A stretch of 60,913 nucleotides of DNA, the filler included, from Sphacelaria rigidula (taxonomy: Eukaryota): the NCBI GenBank assembly GCA_964200075.2. It is 8 parts of 8 records of this genome, joined end to end, with 100 filler letters (N's around TTAATTAATTAA, not from the genome) between each part and the next. Parts side by side here need not be neighbours in the genome. Positions count along the whole stretch, not along the records: positions 1 to 7,527 come from CAXNAA020014495.1; positions 7,628 to 15,154 come from CAXNAA020014496.1; 6 more parts are not named here. One strand, 5' to 3'. Below, in pieces: positions 1 through 11,820 of this stretch. The position numbers were made by a program, and so were the translations under genes. Under the pieces are notes generated by a model that did not search any database, was not told the DNA's origin, and saw nothing but the letters and a program-made list of their open reading frames with translations. The stretch's first letter is position 1, and the number at the start of each line of letters is the position of its first letter.

Positions 1-123
1 GCCAACCCCATCGGGGGTCCGCCCCTACAAAGTCGGGACGGAGCACGCCGGGTTCTCGCCGGACCAGGCTGTGTTGCTTCCCGGGGTGGCTTTAATAAGA
101 ACTCTTTTTTCTTACACAGTTCC

Positions 124-163
<40 letters not shown>

Positions 164-467
164 CTGTAGGGTTAGGGTCGTGCAAGAATAAAGACTAAAT
201 ATGCAGGTAGCCAGCAAGACCCACGGCGAGCTGGTCGCAATTCTCTCTCTCAGTCAGTCAGTAGCTCGAGGCAAAAACCGTCGCAGTTTTCCCTGAAAAT
301 CCCATTCTTTCAACGTTCGTACGAATCATTGATGGGTCGAGTTACTGTACCAAAATCCACGATTTCTGAGGCCTGGTTACTCGAAAAAGATAAAAGTGTT
401 GACTGCGGGTCAAAAAGTCTCTACTGCAGTAGGCAAATGATGCGCTATTTCACGTACGTGTCTGGGG

Positions 468-840
468 TGTGTGTTGTGTGTGCTGTCATCCCATCTATTC
501 TGGACGGCAGTCTACACCTTTCCGTGTATGTGGGCGCACCACCCGGGATCACACTGGAGGAAGACCAACATATCAGTTTTTTTGTTTTGTATTTGTTTTG
601 GCTCTCCACCTTCCTTCTGCTGTGCTTGCCTTTATGCTTTTATCGCGAGAGGGGTTCAGCAGTCCCTTTACCTCGTCGGCCGTTACGTCGAATTTTGTGT
701 ACCTACGACATGGCCGCTCCCCACTGTTGGGCATGGTGTGAGAAAAAATCCCAGATCGTGTGACTGGACCGAGATGCAAACCCACGACCCAACCGCCAGA
801 AGGTTTCGAGGTTACCAACTGAGCCACCGGGCCGACCGGT
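468..840 (-). mobile_element. tRNA-derived SINE, family 1
   Basis: Minus strand begins CCCGGTGGCTCAGTTGGTAACCTCGAAACC (A box) with a degenerate B box and ends in a (CA)n tail; body is homologous to 9988-10344 and 21170-21452. Confidence 0.85.
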
Positions 841-1280
841 GCGGTGGAAAACACACACACACGCACATACACACACACAGGCACTCGTTGCGTAGAGGTA
901 ACCCAAGTGCACAATGTGATGGACAAGAAATACAAAATAAAAAAGAATAAAAACTGAAGGTAAAAAAAAGGCAAACATATTGTTTTCGCACCGCTTTCCA
1001 CCTCCAAGCATGAAAGGTACAGCAGGTACAGCACGTGAGTAGTAAAGTAGACCCCTGGTGTAAAATGACAGTGTCGTCAGGCAGAGAGGGTGGCTGATAA
1101 AGTCAGGGTGGGTCATGGCTTGTGACTTGTGTGAGACGCCCAACTTGTGAATTTGTAAAATATCATATCACGCTGTATTTTTCATTTTTTTTATTTGTCT
1201 TGTACAGTGAGACGAAAAGTTGGCTATATTTTTGACGTTGCCCCTCCGCCGCCCCGATCCCCTGATGTCATGTTCCACAG

Positions 1281-1423
1281 GTGGTTGTCGACCTCCCGAT
1301 CCCCGGAGCGATCGGGGTTTTCACTTGCTTTGAAGGGGAAGGGTACCAACAGAAAGATTCGATAGTTCTCGTCTCTTTGGCGTCGGCTGACCCCACTACT
1401 GCAGTACCGCCTGCGTCAGTCCG
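1281..1423 (+). CDS. CPSF1: Internal exon A of a CPSF1/DDB1/SF3B3-family beta-propeller gene (most like CPSF160)
   Basis: ttccacag|GTG...CCG|gtgagt; translates VVVDLPIPGAIGVFTCFEGEGYQQKDSIVLVSLAS..., resembling the family segment 'vv.elpG...WT...++S'; its phase-2 end matches exon B. Confidence 0.7.
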
Positions 1424-1440
1424 GTGAGTGGTGATTCGTG

Positions 1441-1520
1441 ATGATACGTAATGATACGTAATGATACGTAATGGTACGTAATGGTACGTAATGGTACGTA
1501 ATGGTACGTAATAATACGAT
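1441..1520. repeat. 10-bp minisatellite (ATGATACGTA/ATGGTACGTA)n in an intron
   Basis: About 8 directly visible tandem copies. Confidence 0.9.
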
Positions 1521-3050
1521 GATACGTGTAGTGATGACGGTCCGATACATCGTGAAAATCATGCCAATATTAACAAAAAATTAACGAGGTAAAGGTTGTC
1601 AGCGTTCGAGCCGGTTGAGGAATCGGGAACAGCCCCTCCCCCCCCAAAAAAGAAGAAAAAAGAAGAAGAAAAAAAGAGGGCTGAGAATTCTTTTATTTGA
1701 CCCTATAATTGTACACAAGTACTTCAACACTCTCTTCTAAATAATGTTATTTATTTATTTCTCGACTTTTCAACGCACGTTCAACATGAAGAAAATAGTG
1801 ATCTTTACTGCTGCCGGGATTCTTTTGTTATTATCCGCCACTGGGTTTGTCCCAGTTCGGCGCCAAAATATCCATGGTTGACAGATTTTTTAAATAGCTC
1901 TTCAATCATTATTGTTATTATTAAATCCGTCACATTAGCTCGATCTCTCGAACCCGTGGTCACANNNNNNNNNNGAGCATACCACCCATACCCATAACCC
2001 AAACAGCCCGCAGAAGATGGCAAGAAACAAAACATCTCCACGAAAAATACTAAGCCTAAACCCTGACCCTGACTCCCAATCCATTGTCATGGGCGAGAAT
2101 CCTCGGGCGAGACGGGTGCAAAGGGTCGGTCCCCTCATCAAAGGTGCTCCGTCTCGAAAGGGATGCGTGGTCAATGGTCAAATGACTAAGGCAAGCAACA
2201 AATGAGTACGCCCCCCCCCCTCATCAAAGGTTGCGTTGGCAGACCTCCGGACGCGTTCTGCCCACGCTAAATGGGAGCCCTCGGGAACTCTTATCTCAGC
2301 CCCCACTAAAGATCCGACTATCGGTGTTACATATCCAAATCAAGTAATATCAACCATGATGGATGGAACGACGCCGAACTGTTGCGAACTAAACGGGCCC
2401 AAATCGACCAACAACGTAGTGAGTGCACAGTATCAGTTTTACAAACGGGCCGCCGCGGTGGCTATGCTCATCCCTACTCGTGCCAAGTGTTGTCTCTCAG
2501 GGAAAAACAGGACACGCTCGAGTGTACATGCGATACAGGACCCTTATTCGACGGTACACTCTGTCTTCGTTCATTACTACACTGATTGTTTTTGTTTCAT
2601 ACTCCAATCGCATGTGCCTCTTCCCACTATCCTCCGACTTTTTTTGCCTTGCACTAACAACATGCTAACAACATGTTCGTGAGATTACAAACGTTCTTTT
2701 TTCGGAACGAGATTTTTTTTTTGTGATTGAGACCAAGACGGTCCAATCGTCCGAAACGACCGTCACCCCCCTGAAAGCCCGTGATCGGACGGGAATTTTG
2801 GCGCAATCAGATTTTGAATCGGTGACGCCTTCCACATATACGGCCGACGATGTGTATTTTTTTTTCATTTCGTTGGACCCATTAGTCCTTGTGACCCTGC
2901 ACTGATCACGTCGGTTCTAAATCTTGACGTGATTTTTTCAAGAAGTGAGGTCACTCTCGCTCCTGTTTGGACCCTTTTTTCCACAGCAAGAGACGTAGCC
3001 CCGTGTGCTTACGTTCAACCCACCTGAATATTGTGATATGTGTGTATGCG

Positions 3051-3099
<49 letters not shown>

Positions 3100-3394
3100 C
3101 TATCGCACTTTGAACCCCTCCCCTTCCTCGGGATGAATTTGTGGTCTCAAGGGATCAACCCATCTCTCCTGGCACACGCCTTGTATTTTCGTCTCGCGGA
3201 ATGGATCAACACTCCCGCACCGCGTCAACTCACATCAAATAAACTCAGTCAACTACTTCGCTTACTCCCGGTCTCACGCTTTCCACGGTGGAAATCAGAC
3301 ATGGTTTGCGAAGAAAAACCCGACGCATTCGGGAGACGAACCCTCGTTCTTTCCACCCTAATGGCGACAGTCGGACCACTACACCACCGGGGCG
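3051..3394 (-). mobile_element. tRNA-derived SINE, family 2, with (CA)n tail
   Basis: Minus strand CGCCCCGGTGGTGTAGTGG (A box)...GGGTTCGTCTCCC (B box), a different body, then a long (CA)n tail seen as (TG)n at 3051-3098. Confidence 0.75.
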
Positions 3395-3429
3395 CGTCGG
3401 CTTTGTGTATACTTTAAGATACATATGTT

Positions 3430-3950
3430 GCGCTTTGGATCCTTTGTCTATTCGACGGCGGGTCTACTCTCAATAAAGAGCTGATATGAAGACAATGGTG
3501 ATATGTGTATGTACAGGGTGTGTGTATGCGTTGCTTTTGGGATCTTGGCGTCTTTCCGGAGCGCGAGTTTTGCTGTGAATGGAAGGGCTAATGTGAAGAC
3601 ATTGGTGACCTGTGTGTATGCGGTGTGTGTCATGCATATTTTGCCTTTGGGATATTTGTGCCTGTGCGACCGCGGGTCTGCTGCGAATAGAAGGCTTATT
3701 TTTAAGGTACTGGTGATATGTGCGCATGCGGGGTGTGTGTGTGTGTGCATGTCTTGCCTTTTGGATTCTCCTGCCTTTTCGACCGCGGGTTTGATCTGGT
3801 AAAAAAAGGCATGTATGAAGGCGATGCTGATATGTGATATTTGTGTGCAGTATGCGAAGTGTGTGTGTGCCTATGTTTTGCATTTGGGATCTTCCTGCCT
3901 GTTGCACCGCGGGTCTGCTCTAAATGAAGGCTAACGTGAACATTCAGTAA
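3430..3950. repeat. Degenerate tandem repeat of about 105-125 bp, about 5 copies
   Basis: Recurring tttggatc...gaccgcgggtctgct...aaggct...tgaagac.atggtgatatgtg units. Confidence 0.7.
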
Positions 3951-4004
3951 AAAATAGTGCTACAACGGCCGTTTGCCTCCGTATTCCCTTTTTTTGTCTC
4001 ACAG

Positions 4005-4158
4005 AGAGGGACGCACCCGAGTACTGACGTTCGATTCGGCTTCCGACAGGGTTGTAGAATTAGACGACGGAGCGGACAACAATCCCTTCTTCTGCGACGC
4101 GCCAACCGTGGATCTTTGTGCGATGGCGGGATGCACGATTCTCCAAGCGTACCCGCAG
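4005..4158 (+). CDS. CPSF1: Internal exon B of the CPSF1/DDB1-family gene
   Basis: Polypyrimidine tract and cacag|A...CAG|gtcagg; EGRTRVLTFDSASDRVVELDDGADNNPFFCDAPTVDLCAMAGCTILQAYPQ resembles 'T.vL...El....F....pT+...+Qv.p'; phases fit exons A and C. Confidence 0.75.
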
Positions 4159-5288
4159 GTCAGGGATGCGTGCCGCCGTATCAAGGGCCGGAGTTGGCCT
4201 CATGCGTCACACACACATACATACATGTACAAGGTTCCCCTTCGGGAGGTTGGTATGGGTCTCCCGGGGGTGACGCAAAGTCGAAAATATATGGTCAAGA
4301 GAAGCCACCATTGTATCTCAACGTATAGTAGTGACCGTGGCTGCACAAAACATCGCACGTGTTATCGGATGTCGGTCGGAAATATGGGAATTCGGATGGA
4401 GGCCGACGGCGGAACCGCGGGCATAGGGCATGTGTGGTATTTCCGAGGTGCCAGAGTGCGACGTATCTGTCGTGCCACAAAGACATGACAGCCGGAGGCA
4501 CTTCCCGAAAAATTGGAATGCGTGGAACATTCTTGGCGTGTTCTTTGTACGTACATCACTGTAGCTTCCACGTCACCGGGCCTTTTTTCAAAACAGGGTG
4601 ATTGTCTTTTGCGGCAAAACATTCCTGTGCTGCCGTGCTGCTGTGCCTTGTTCAACTCGCCAACGGCCCATTGCACGGTCTCATGTTTGCTGCTGACTAA
4701 GGCCAAGGTAAGGCCAAGGCAATGTTCAATTGTTTTCAACTGCTTTGCTCTCATGTTCTCGTGACACTGGCGGCATGACTGGTGTGTTCGTGCTCCCAAA
4801 TGAACGAGAACGCGACAAAGAGAAACACGGGCAAAACAACACTCTGCCAAAAGTAATCCTGTTCGCAGATGTTTATGATCTTCAGCAGGCTTTTATTGTG
4901 GTTCGGGTTCTTGTTTCAAGTTTTCCATGATCTTGAAAAGGCTTTTATGGTTCGGGATGGGCACCCCGCGAAAAAGGGTCAGTTTGAGCGACAATCGGTG
5001 GCCAGAACACGCGCCACAGGTATCATCAGATGACCCCCAAACCTGAACGGGCATGATTTCTTTGTTTTTTTTAATCATCTTGAAGGAAGGAGGGAATATC
5101 ACCCAACGCTCACCTCCCCAACAGGTTCGTATGCCGATTACCCAGAGGATCAGCTAGACCACCCCGTGGCGGTCATGTGGGGTAGGCGCCACGAGCGTTC
5201 GGAGGGCGTTGCTTATGGCAGTGAAGGAGTTGAACCCACCGAACACCCCTGCCCACTTCGCACGGTTAGGACGAATCATCACGACTAA

Positions 5289-5897
5289 GAATCACCAAGT
5301 CCACGATTTCTTCGGCATGATTGCTCAAAAGGGAGAAAAAAGTTGACCGTTGTTCCAAGGGGTATCCACGCAACTTTTGCGCCATTCCACGTGTCCCGGC
5401 TGGGTGTACCTGTACCTGGGTTACAACGCTGAAAACAAAGCCTAGGGATTGATTCGTACGAGTCGAATCAGTAATACCAAAACCAAGTAATTTCCAGACG
5501 ACTCGTTATTTATCCGACCCTTGCAACTTTGCGCGGTGCACTCGCCGCCGTACTCTGATTAGCTTCGGCCCTAGATACCCATCATTGTGTGATTATGCCT
5601 CATAGGTGTCTCTACCGTTAGGTCCGTAGGTCCCTTTCACGATTCGGACGTATCATCGCCGATTCGAATCACCAAATCCACGATTTCTTGGGCCTGATTG
5701 CTCGGAAGAGAGAAAAAAAGTCGACCGCTGGTCAAACAGGTGGGTCTCCACGCAACTTTTGCGCCATCCCACGCGCCTGGGCTGCGCGTACCTGGGTTGC
5801 AACGCGAATAGCAAAGCCTCGGGATTGATTCGAACGGTACGAATTAATCGCACTAAAGTCAAGTAATTTCCAGACGAATCATTCATTCGTTCGACCC
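5289..5897. repeat. Direct duplication of about 230 bp (5289-5520 and 5666-5897); related fragment at about 345-425
   Basis: gaatcaccaa.tccacgatttctt...cacgcaacttttgcgccat...caagtaatttccagacga...cgaccc occurs twice. Confidence 0.8.
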
Positions 5898-6722
5898 GTG
5901 GTCTCTTTCCTTCCTCCCTTGGGAACAGTCCCTAGCCTCAGGGGATCTGCCCATTTCTCCCGCAGGCAGTGCTTGTCATCCATCTCGCGGGTTCTATTTG
6001 ACCGCGTCGGACCGGCACTTCCGCAGCCTTTCTACTTTCATCGTCAAAACAAGAGTCGTTATCGTTTGTTCTTCCCGTGTCTTGAAATAACGGAGACAGA
6101 AGCAGAAATAAGAAAATAAGAGAAGAAGCAGAAAAGAAAAGAAAAAAGAGGCAATATGGGAAGAAAGAAAAAAAAGTTCTCTTTCATGTCCACTACTGCT
6201 GCTACCGAGAATCGACGTCACACGTAATGCGTCCAAAGCTCGCAGTGTTGTTGGCATGTATGTACCAGTTTTGATCACACAACAGGGGCGCGGCGGCACT
6301 TGTAGACTCGTGAAATGACCTTGAAATATTCTCATTATTTGCCGCGATATATATATATATATATATTATTTTCTCCGTCGTGTACTTTGTTTTTCGGTGT
6401 CTTTTCCCGGCATTTTTTGTTTGTTTGTCGGTTTTCTGTTTTAACGGAAGACTAGATCTAGGCAGTGCGTACGCTGCGAGGTGTGTGTGGGGGGGGCAAG
6501 GAGGGGGGGGGTATGAGCGTTCTGCTGCGCATGGCTGTCAGCCGAAGAACACAGAAAATATTGATCCACCTTACCCACGTCACGCTGAGGTTGGTCCATG
6601 GATCGATCAAGATCGAAAACAATCCCGAAAATACGAGTGAAAACGGTTCCGAAATGTCTGCGCATCATCTGGACTGAAAATACTTGGTATAGATACCATC
6701 GAAAACCGCTCAGACTGCAGCT

Positions 6723-6744
6723 CAAGAGTGCGTGCGTGCGTGCG

Positions 6745-6777
<33 letters not shown>

Positions 6778-6806
6778 TTTTGCTGTTGCTGTTGTTGCTG
6801 TTGTGT
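6723..6806. repeat. Compound microsatellite (TGCG)n(TGC)n(TGT)n
   Basis: Directly visible. Confidence 0.9.
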
Positions 6807-7014
6807 TTGGGACCACCGGTATGGAACACTGACTCCCGACTCCTCTTTTCCCCGAGGTGAAGGACAAATGATTTCCGTTTCGAACGTTCCTCACTTGCTT
6901 GCTTGTTTCGCTGTCTTCATCTCTTCTTCTTAATCCTCGTCCTTGTCCTTTGCTCCCTCGACCGCCGTCTCTCTCAACATCAACACCAACGTTAACAACG
7001 ATAACAACACCCAG

Positions 7015-7404
7015 GGCTTGCGAGTGACTCGAAACCGGCAAGAAGTACAAGACATGCCCGCGGGCGAACACACAGAAATGGGCGGTCTCGGCGGCGGCGA
7101 CCCCGCCGCCGCCGACGGCGGCAACAGCGTTACCGTTCTCCGCGCGGCGGCGGCTGGTGCCCACGCCTGCTGCCTGCTATCGGGGGGGCGGCTGTGCCTT
7201 GTGTCTCTCGAGGAGGGCGACGAGACCGAGGCTGACTTGTTAGCGGCCTTCGTGGAGGAGGAGGAGGAGGAGGAGGAGGAGGAAGGGTCTGCAATGGATG
7301 ATGACGGCGAGGGGGAGCGGGGCGCGGGCGGCGGGAGGAAGGGGGGGACTGGGGGCGAGATAAAGTGGGATGATGTTGAGGCCATGTGTATGTTCGGTGT
7401 GCAG
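7015..7404 (+). CDS. CPSF1: Internal exon C of the CPSF1/DDB1-family gene, with Gly-rich and poly-Glu stretches
   Basis: cccag|GGC TTG CGA GTG (GLRV completes QAYPQ-GLRV, cf. QVSPLGIRL)...CAG|gtaaaa; 390 nt open and GC-rich; VTVLRAAAAGAHACCLLSGGRLCLVSL resembles the next propeller blade. Confidence 0.75.
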
Positions 7405-7527
7405 GTAAAATTGCGTGTGCGTGTTTGTGTGTGTCGCCTATGAGCTATTCGAACATGAAAGATGGAGATGAAGATCATTTCCGGAGTGATCCTGCGATAG
7501 GGGGGAGGGGGGGGGGTACTCATGATC

Positions 7528-7627
7528 NNNNNNNNNNNNNNNNNNNNNNNNNNNNNNNNNNNNNNNNNNNNTTAATTAATTAANNNNNNNNNNNNNNNNN
7601 NNNNNNNNNNNNNNNNNNNNNNNNNNN
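7528..7627. other. Artificial contig spacer (N44-TTAATTAATTAA-N44); identical spacers at 15155-15254, 22782-22881, 30409-30508, 38036-38135, 45662-45761 and 53288-53387
   Basis: Identical 100-bp N blocks with a six-frame stop linker separate segments of 7527 or 7526 bp, as expected for size-sorted unrelated contigs. Confidence 0.97.
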
Positions 7628-8847
7628 CAGAACGAGCATTTTTAGGCGAGTGCTGCATGGTTATCCGCCTGCTCGCGTCGAGCCCTTGAAGGTGAAATTC
7701 AAACCTGTTGCTGTGGAGGCAAAGGCTCGGCCGAGGGCGTACTTTCCGGTCAGGATGACGTGGTTGGCACGCTACATCGCGACATTTGTGGTGCTCGGGC
7801 TCGTGTAGTGCAGCTTGCAGGTAGTGTGGGCGAGAGCGGCGATTGCAACGCCCGAGAAGTCCTGTTTTCGCAGGATGAGTGCACACAAGGCGGGGGAACA
7901 AGTTCCCCGTTCCCACAAGGAGGTGGTGCATGGAACTCACCCAGGGGGAGGTGTTTCATTTCAGTTTTCCCAGTATTGGCGACAGTGGTCCGCTGGGAGA
8001 TGATGGCTTGGACAAAGGAGATCGGTTCACGTACATATTGGTAAGGATGGTTGACCCGAGCGACTTCGTGCGGTTGGAGCCCGCGGAGTCTTGTACGGCG
8101 GCGGCAACGGTGAAGCATCTGTTGACATACATGGCGCGGAGCGCTGGGGCCGCAGGAGGGGTGCGTCAGCGATACGGCATCGCAATATGAGAATCGTGTG
8201 GTGAGAGTGGTCGAGAAGGCGCTGATGGATCGCGGATTAGTGGTTGCCAACTCGCGGTTGTCACAATTGTGAACGTGAGCGAATGATCCGTGACATTCAT
8301 TGCTCGTACTTTGAAGGTCATAATGCAGGAAGGCAGACGCGATGCCAATGCCTGGGTGGGTTTGGTACCTGCCGTTCAGTGGGCATACTGATTTTCGGGA
8401 CAGCTGTGAGAGATGTAGCTGTATCTATGATGCGAGGAGCGAGTGTTCGAGTGGAAATGCTACTCCACCGTGTGGATGATAATGTAGCCGGAGTGCTGCT
8501 ATTTCTCAGGAGGAGCGCAGGAGAATTACAAGGCCGGCGTTACCTGAGGTGCTCGATGTTGCGGTGAGCACCGGGTTGGGTGATTTAAGGAGCAAGTACT
8601 GGTGTAATTTCTTGTTGATAATGAGGAACCACATTGTGACCTGTATACTTGAATCGTTTTGTGGACGATTTGTTTGTGGTTGTGGTGTGGTTCCTTGATC
8701 TGTGTTGCTCTGGGTGGCATATGAAAGTGGTTTTTGCCAAGAAGCTGCTGAGTGATTTATGAACATGCATTCGTGACTGATGTACATGGTGTCTGGTGAA
8801 GAGTTACAGTGAGGCAGTTTTCAATGCACTGCTGTGTGCTGAATGAA

Positions 8848-9105
8848 ATCATTATTATCATTATTATTACTGTTGCTATCATTACTTTATTATTATTATC
8901 ATTATTATTATCACTATTATATTATTATTACTATTACTATTATTGTTATTGTTATTGTTATTGTTATTGTTATTGTTATTGTTATTATTATTACTACTAT
9001 TGTTATTGTTATTGTTATTATCCAATGTATTGTTACGCTAAATGATCCGCCGCTCGATACTGGAATCAAGTAAGCGTGTGATCCTGCTCGGAACAGTAAT
9101 TTACA
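8848..9105. repeat. (ATT)n/(TATTGT)n microsatellite abutting a conserved ~70-bp repeat terminus
   Basis: Followed by tacgctaaatgatccgccgctcgatactggaatcaagtaagcgtgtgat, also found at 12653-12724. Confidence 0.85.
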
Positions 9106-9599
9106 CTTCCCCAACCTTTCATCTGCCACAAAAATACGGCCTCTGCAAGTTGTCACAAAGAAGGGTGCAACAGTATTTCACGAAAAACGGCCTGGGCTGG
9201 CACTGCATCGGAAAAACTTCTTCACTCGTTCTATTTTTGCAAGTTGATGGTAATCTGAGACCCTTTGACCGCAAGCTGCCCGGTTTTCTGGTCTGCTTTA
9301 TTTTATCTTTGCACGCCCAAGTATGGTCAGTGCGTAACTGTTCCATCACTGCAAATCGTCACAAGAAAGGGCGGAACAGTAATTCACAAAAAACGGCCAG
9401 GGCTGTCACTGCATCGGAAACATTTCACCACTCATTACTTTCACTTGAAAGAGTACCAAATCCCCAGCCAGCAACTAATCACTACTATGTTCACTGTAGA
9501 CTCATGTTACACTGTCTACTATAGATTTATGTTATCGTCTACGGTACACTAATAATCCTGCACAAAACTGCCCACTGCTTTCATTGCTTGCACGGGCGT

Positions 9600-9970
9600 C
9601 AATTTCACTCGGAAGAAGTGTGATCCAGATGGACTACCCGCATCGCGGTGTAAGGATTAGCCCTTTGACCGCGAAAATCGGCATCAATTTCACTTGAAAA
9701 CAGTGTGCGTGATCCAGATAGACTACCCGCATTGCGGTCTAAGGGTTAATTACATACACCGACACTGCCGGTCGCCCCGGTGGCTCAGTTGGTAACCTGG
9801 AAACCCTCTGACGGTCGGGTCGTGTAAGTGTGTGATCCAGATGGACTACCCGCATCGCGGTGTAAGGATTTGACCGCGAAGGTAGGTCACCCGCTGAATC
9901 GGCATCAATTTCACTTGAAAACAGTGTGCGTGATCTAGATGGACTACCCGCATCGCGGTCTAAGGGTTAA
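9600..9970. mobile_element. Cluster of ~110-bp piggyBac-type MITE copies within a local duplication
   Basis: Units end CGCGGTCTAAGGG-TTAA and share the core gatccagatggactacccgcatc with 10960-11807. Confidence 0.7.
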
Positions 9971-9987
9971 TTACATACACCGACACT

Positions 9988-10344
9988 GCCGGTCGCCCCG
10001 GTGGCTCAGTTGGTAACCTCGAAACCCTCTGACGGTCGGGTCGTAGGTTCAAATCTTCGAGCGCGACATGGGATTTTTCTCACACAATATCCAACAGTGG
10101 AGAGCAACTATGTCGTGGGTACCCAACACCGATTGGATGGTCGACGACGGAAAGGGACTGCTGAACCCCTCTCACGATAAAAAAGAGAGGGAAGCACCGC
10201 AGTAGAAAGGTGGAGAATGAAAAACGAACCAAAAAGAAAAAAAACTCCTGTGTTGACCTTCATCCTATGTGACCCCGGTTGGTGCGCCCACATATACCGA
10301 AAGGTGCAGACTGGCGTCCAGAAGAAATGTGACAGCACACACAC
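9988..10344 (+). mobile_element. tRNA-derived SINE, family 1 (duplicated head fragment at about 9767-9825)
   Basis: GGTGGCTCAGTTGGTA A box, GGTTCAAATC B box, body matching 468-840, CACACAC tail. Confidence 0.85.
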
Positions 10345-10959
10345 TGACTAGAAAGACTACACAGGCCGTCAACCCAATTCGTGGTGATTCGTCTCTGCGT
10401 GTTTGCTCTCACCGTACTGCTTCGCTCTATACTCCCTCGCAACACGCTCCCGAACGACGCAATTTTCTTTTCGGCATGGATGATGTTGGCCAAACACAAC
10501 GGTTCGATTTTGATTTGATAAGCCATTTCTTTCTGTGCTTTGCTTGTGTTGAATTTTTATTACTTTTTTTGTCGTGACTTAGTCTGCTATGTCCTTCTGT
10601 TCGACCCCTCTTTCTTTTCTTTTCTATCTGTTCCTATTTTTTTCTGTCCCTTCTTTTTTCTTATTTTTTTCCTTAGAGCGTGTTTGACTTCCGTTTTTCT
10701 CGGGTACGCCTATCATGAGACCACGGCTGGACCCCTGGGGGGTCACTTAAAGTGCGACAATCAATCAATCAATCAATCAATCAGTACGTATACTTTCATG
10801 CGTTGTGTCAGGTTAGCCGCAGGCAATCGTCGCTTCCCCAGTGACATATTCCATGCCGGCTCTGTTGTCCGTGGGTGGATTCAGAATGTAGTTCGTTGGA
10901 CGAGCGATTCTATGCGCCAGTGTCGTGTGAAAATGGTTCTACTCTGACAGTAGGTTCTG

Positions 10960-11807
10960 TTAACCCTTGGACCGCGGTGCGGGTAGTCCAGCTGGATCAC
11001 GCATACGCTTTTCAAGTGAAAATCGATGCCGATTCAGTAGGTGACCTACCCTCCTCGCGGTCCAAGGATTAACCCTTAGACCGCGAGGTTAGTCTTCTGA
11101 TGAATCGGGATCAATTTCAAGTGAAAAAAAGTATGCATTATCCAGGAAGACTCATCTCGCGGGGTTATCTTTCTGGAACATGCATACTTTTTTTCACTTG
11201 AAATGAATGCCGATTCAACAGAGGAGTAATCTCGCGGTCTAAGTTAGCCCTTAGACGACGAGAGTAGTAGATCATCTGTTGAATCGGCATCCATTTCACT
11301 CGAAAAACGTATGCGTGATCGAGATGGACTACCCTCGCGGTATAAGGGTTAAACCGCGATGCTGGTGGTCCATCTGGGTCACGGATCTTTTTTTCAAGTA
11401 AAAATTGATGCCAATTCAGCAGGTGACCTACCCTCACGATCAAAGGTTCAACTCTTGGACCGCGATGTGGGTAGTCCATCTGGATCACATATACGTCGTT
11501 CATGTGAAATTAATTCCGATTCAGCAAGTTGCCGACCCTCATCGCGGTCAAATGGTTAACCGTTAGACGAAGGGCTAACCCTTAGACAAAGGATTAACCC
11601 TTCGGTCGCGGTGCGGGTAGTCCATCTGGATCACGCATACGCTTTTCAAGTGAAAATCGATGCCGATTCAGCAGGTGATATACACTAGCGGTCAAGAGGT
11701 CAACCCTTTCACCGCGAGGGTAGGTCACGAGTGGAATCGTCATCAAGTCCACTTGAAAAAAGTATGCGTAATCCAGATGGACTACCCGCATCACGGTCTA
11801 ATGGTTA
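10960..11807. mobile_element. Tandem array of about 7-8 ~110-bp piggyBac-type MITEs; partial copy at 13609-13692
   Basis: Units read TTAA-CCCTT(G/A)GACCGCG...CGCGGTC(C/T)AAGG(G/A)-TTAA; neighbours share one TTAA-like junction; orientations are mixed. Confidence 0.8.
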
Positions 11808-11820
11808 CTCAGCGATACAG

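Noticed and set aside
6930-7523. 197-aa Ser/Pro-rich minus-strand ORF
   Set aside because: Antisense shadow of the plus-strand exon 7015-7404
7572-7583. Periodic TTAATTAATTAA motif every ~7.6 kb, and ORFs crossing N runs
   Set aside because: Artificial linker; adjacency between contigs has no biological meaning
7628-8800. GC-rich, ORF-dense stretch, possibly a retroelement relic
   Set aside because: No recognisable domain motif in any frame
8809-9156. Poly-Y/I/C ORFs (also 12363-12692, 6598-6933, 3040-3417, 30148-30456)
   Set aside because: Translations of microsatellites, homopolymers or SINEs
9995-10075. tRNA gene
   Set aside because: A and B boxes are present but no convincing acceptor stem, and the sequence continues into a repeated SINE body; the same holds for the other heads and the fragment at about 17490-17530
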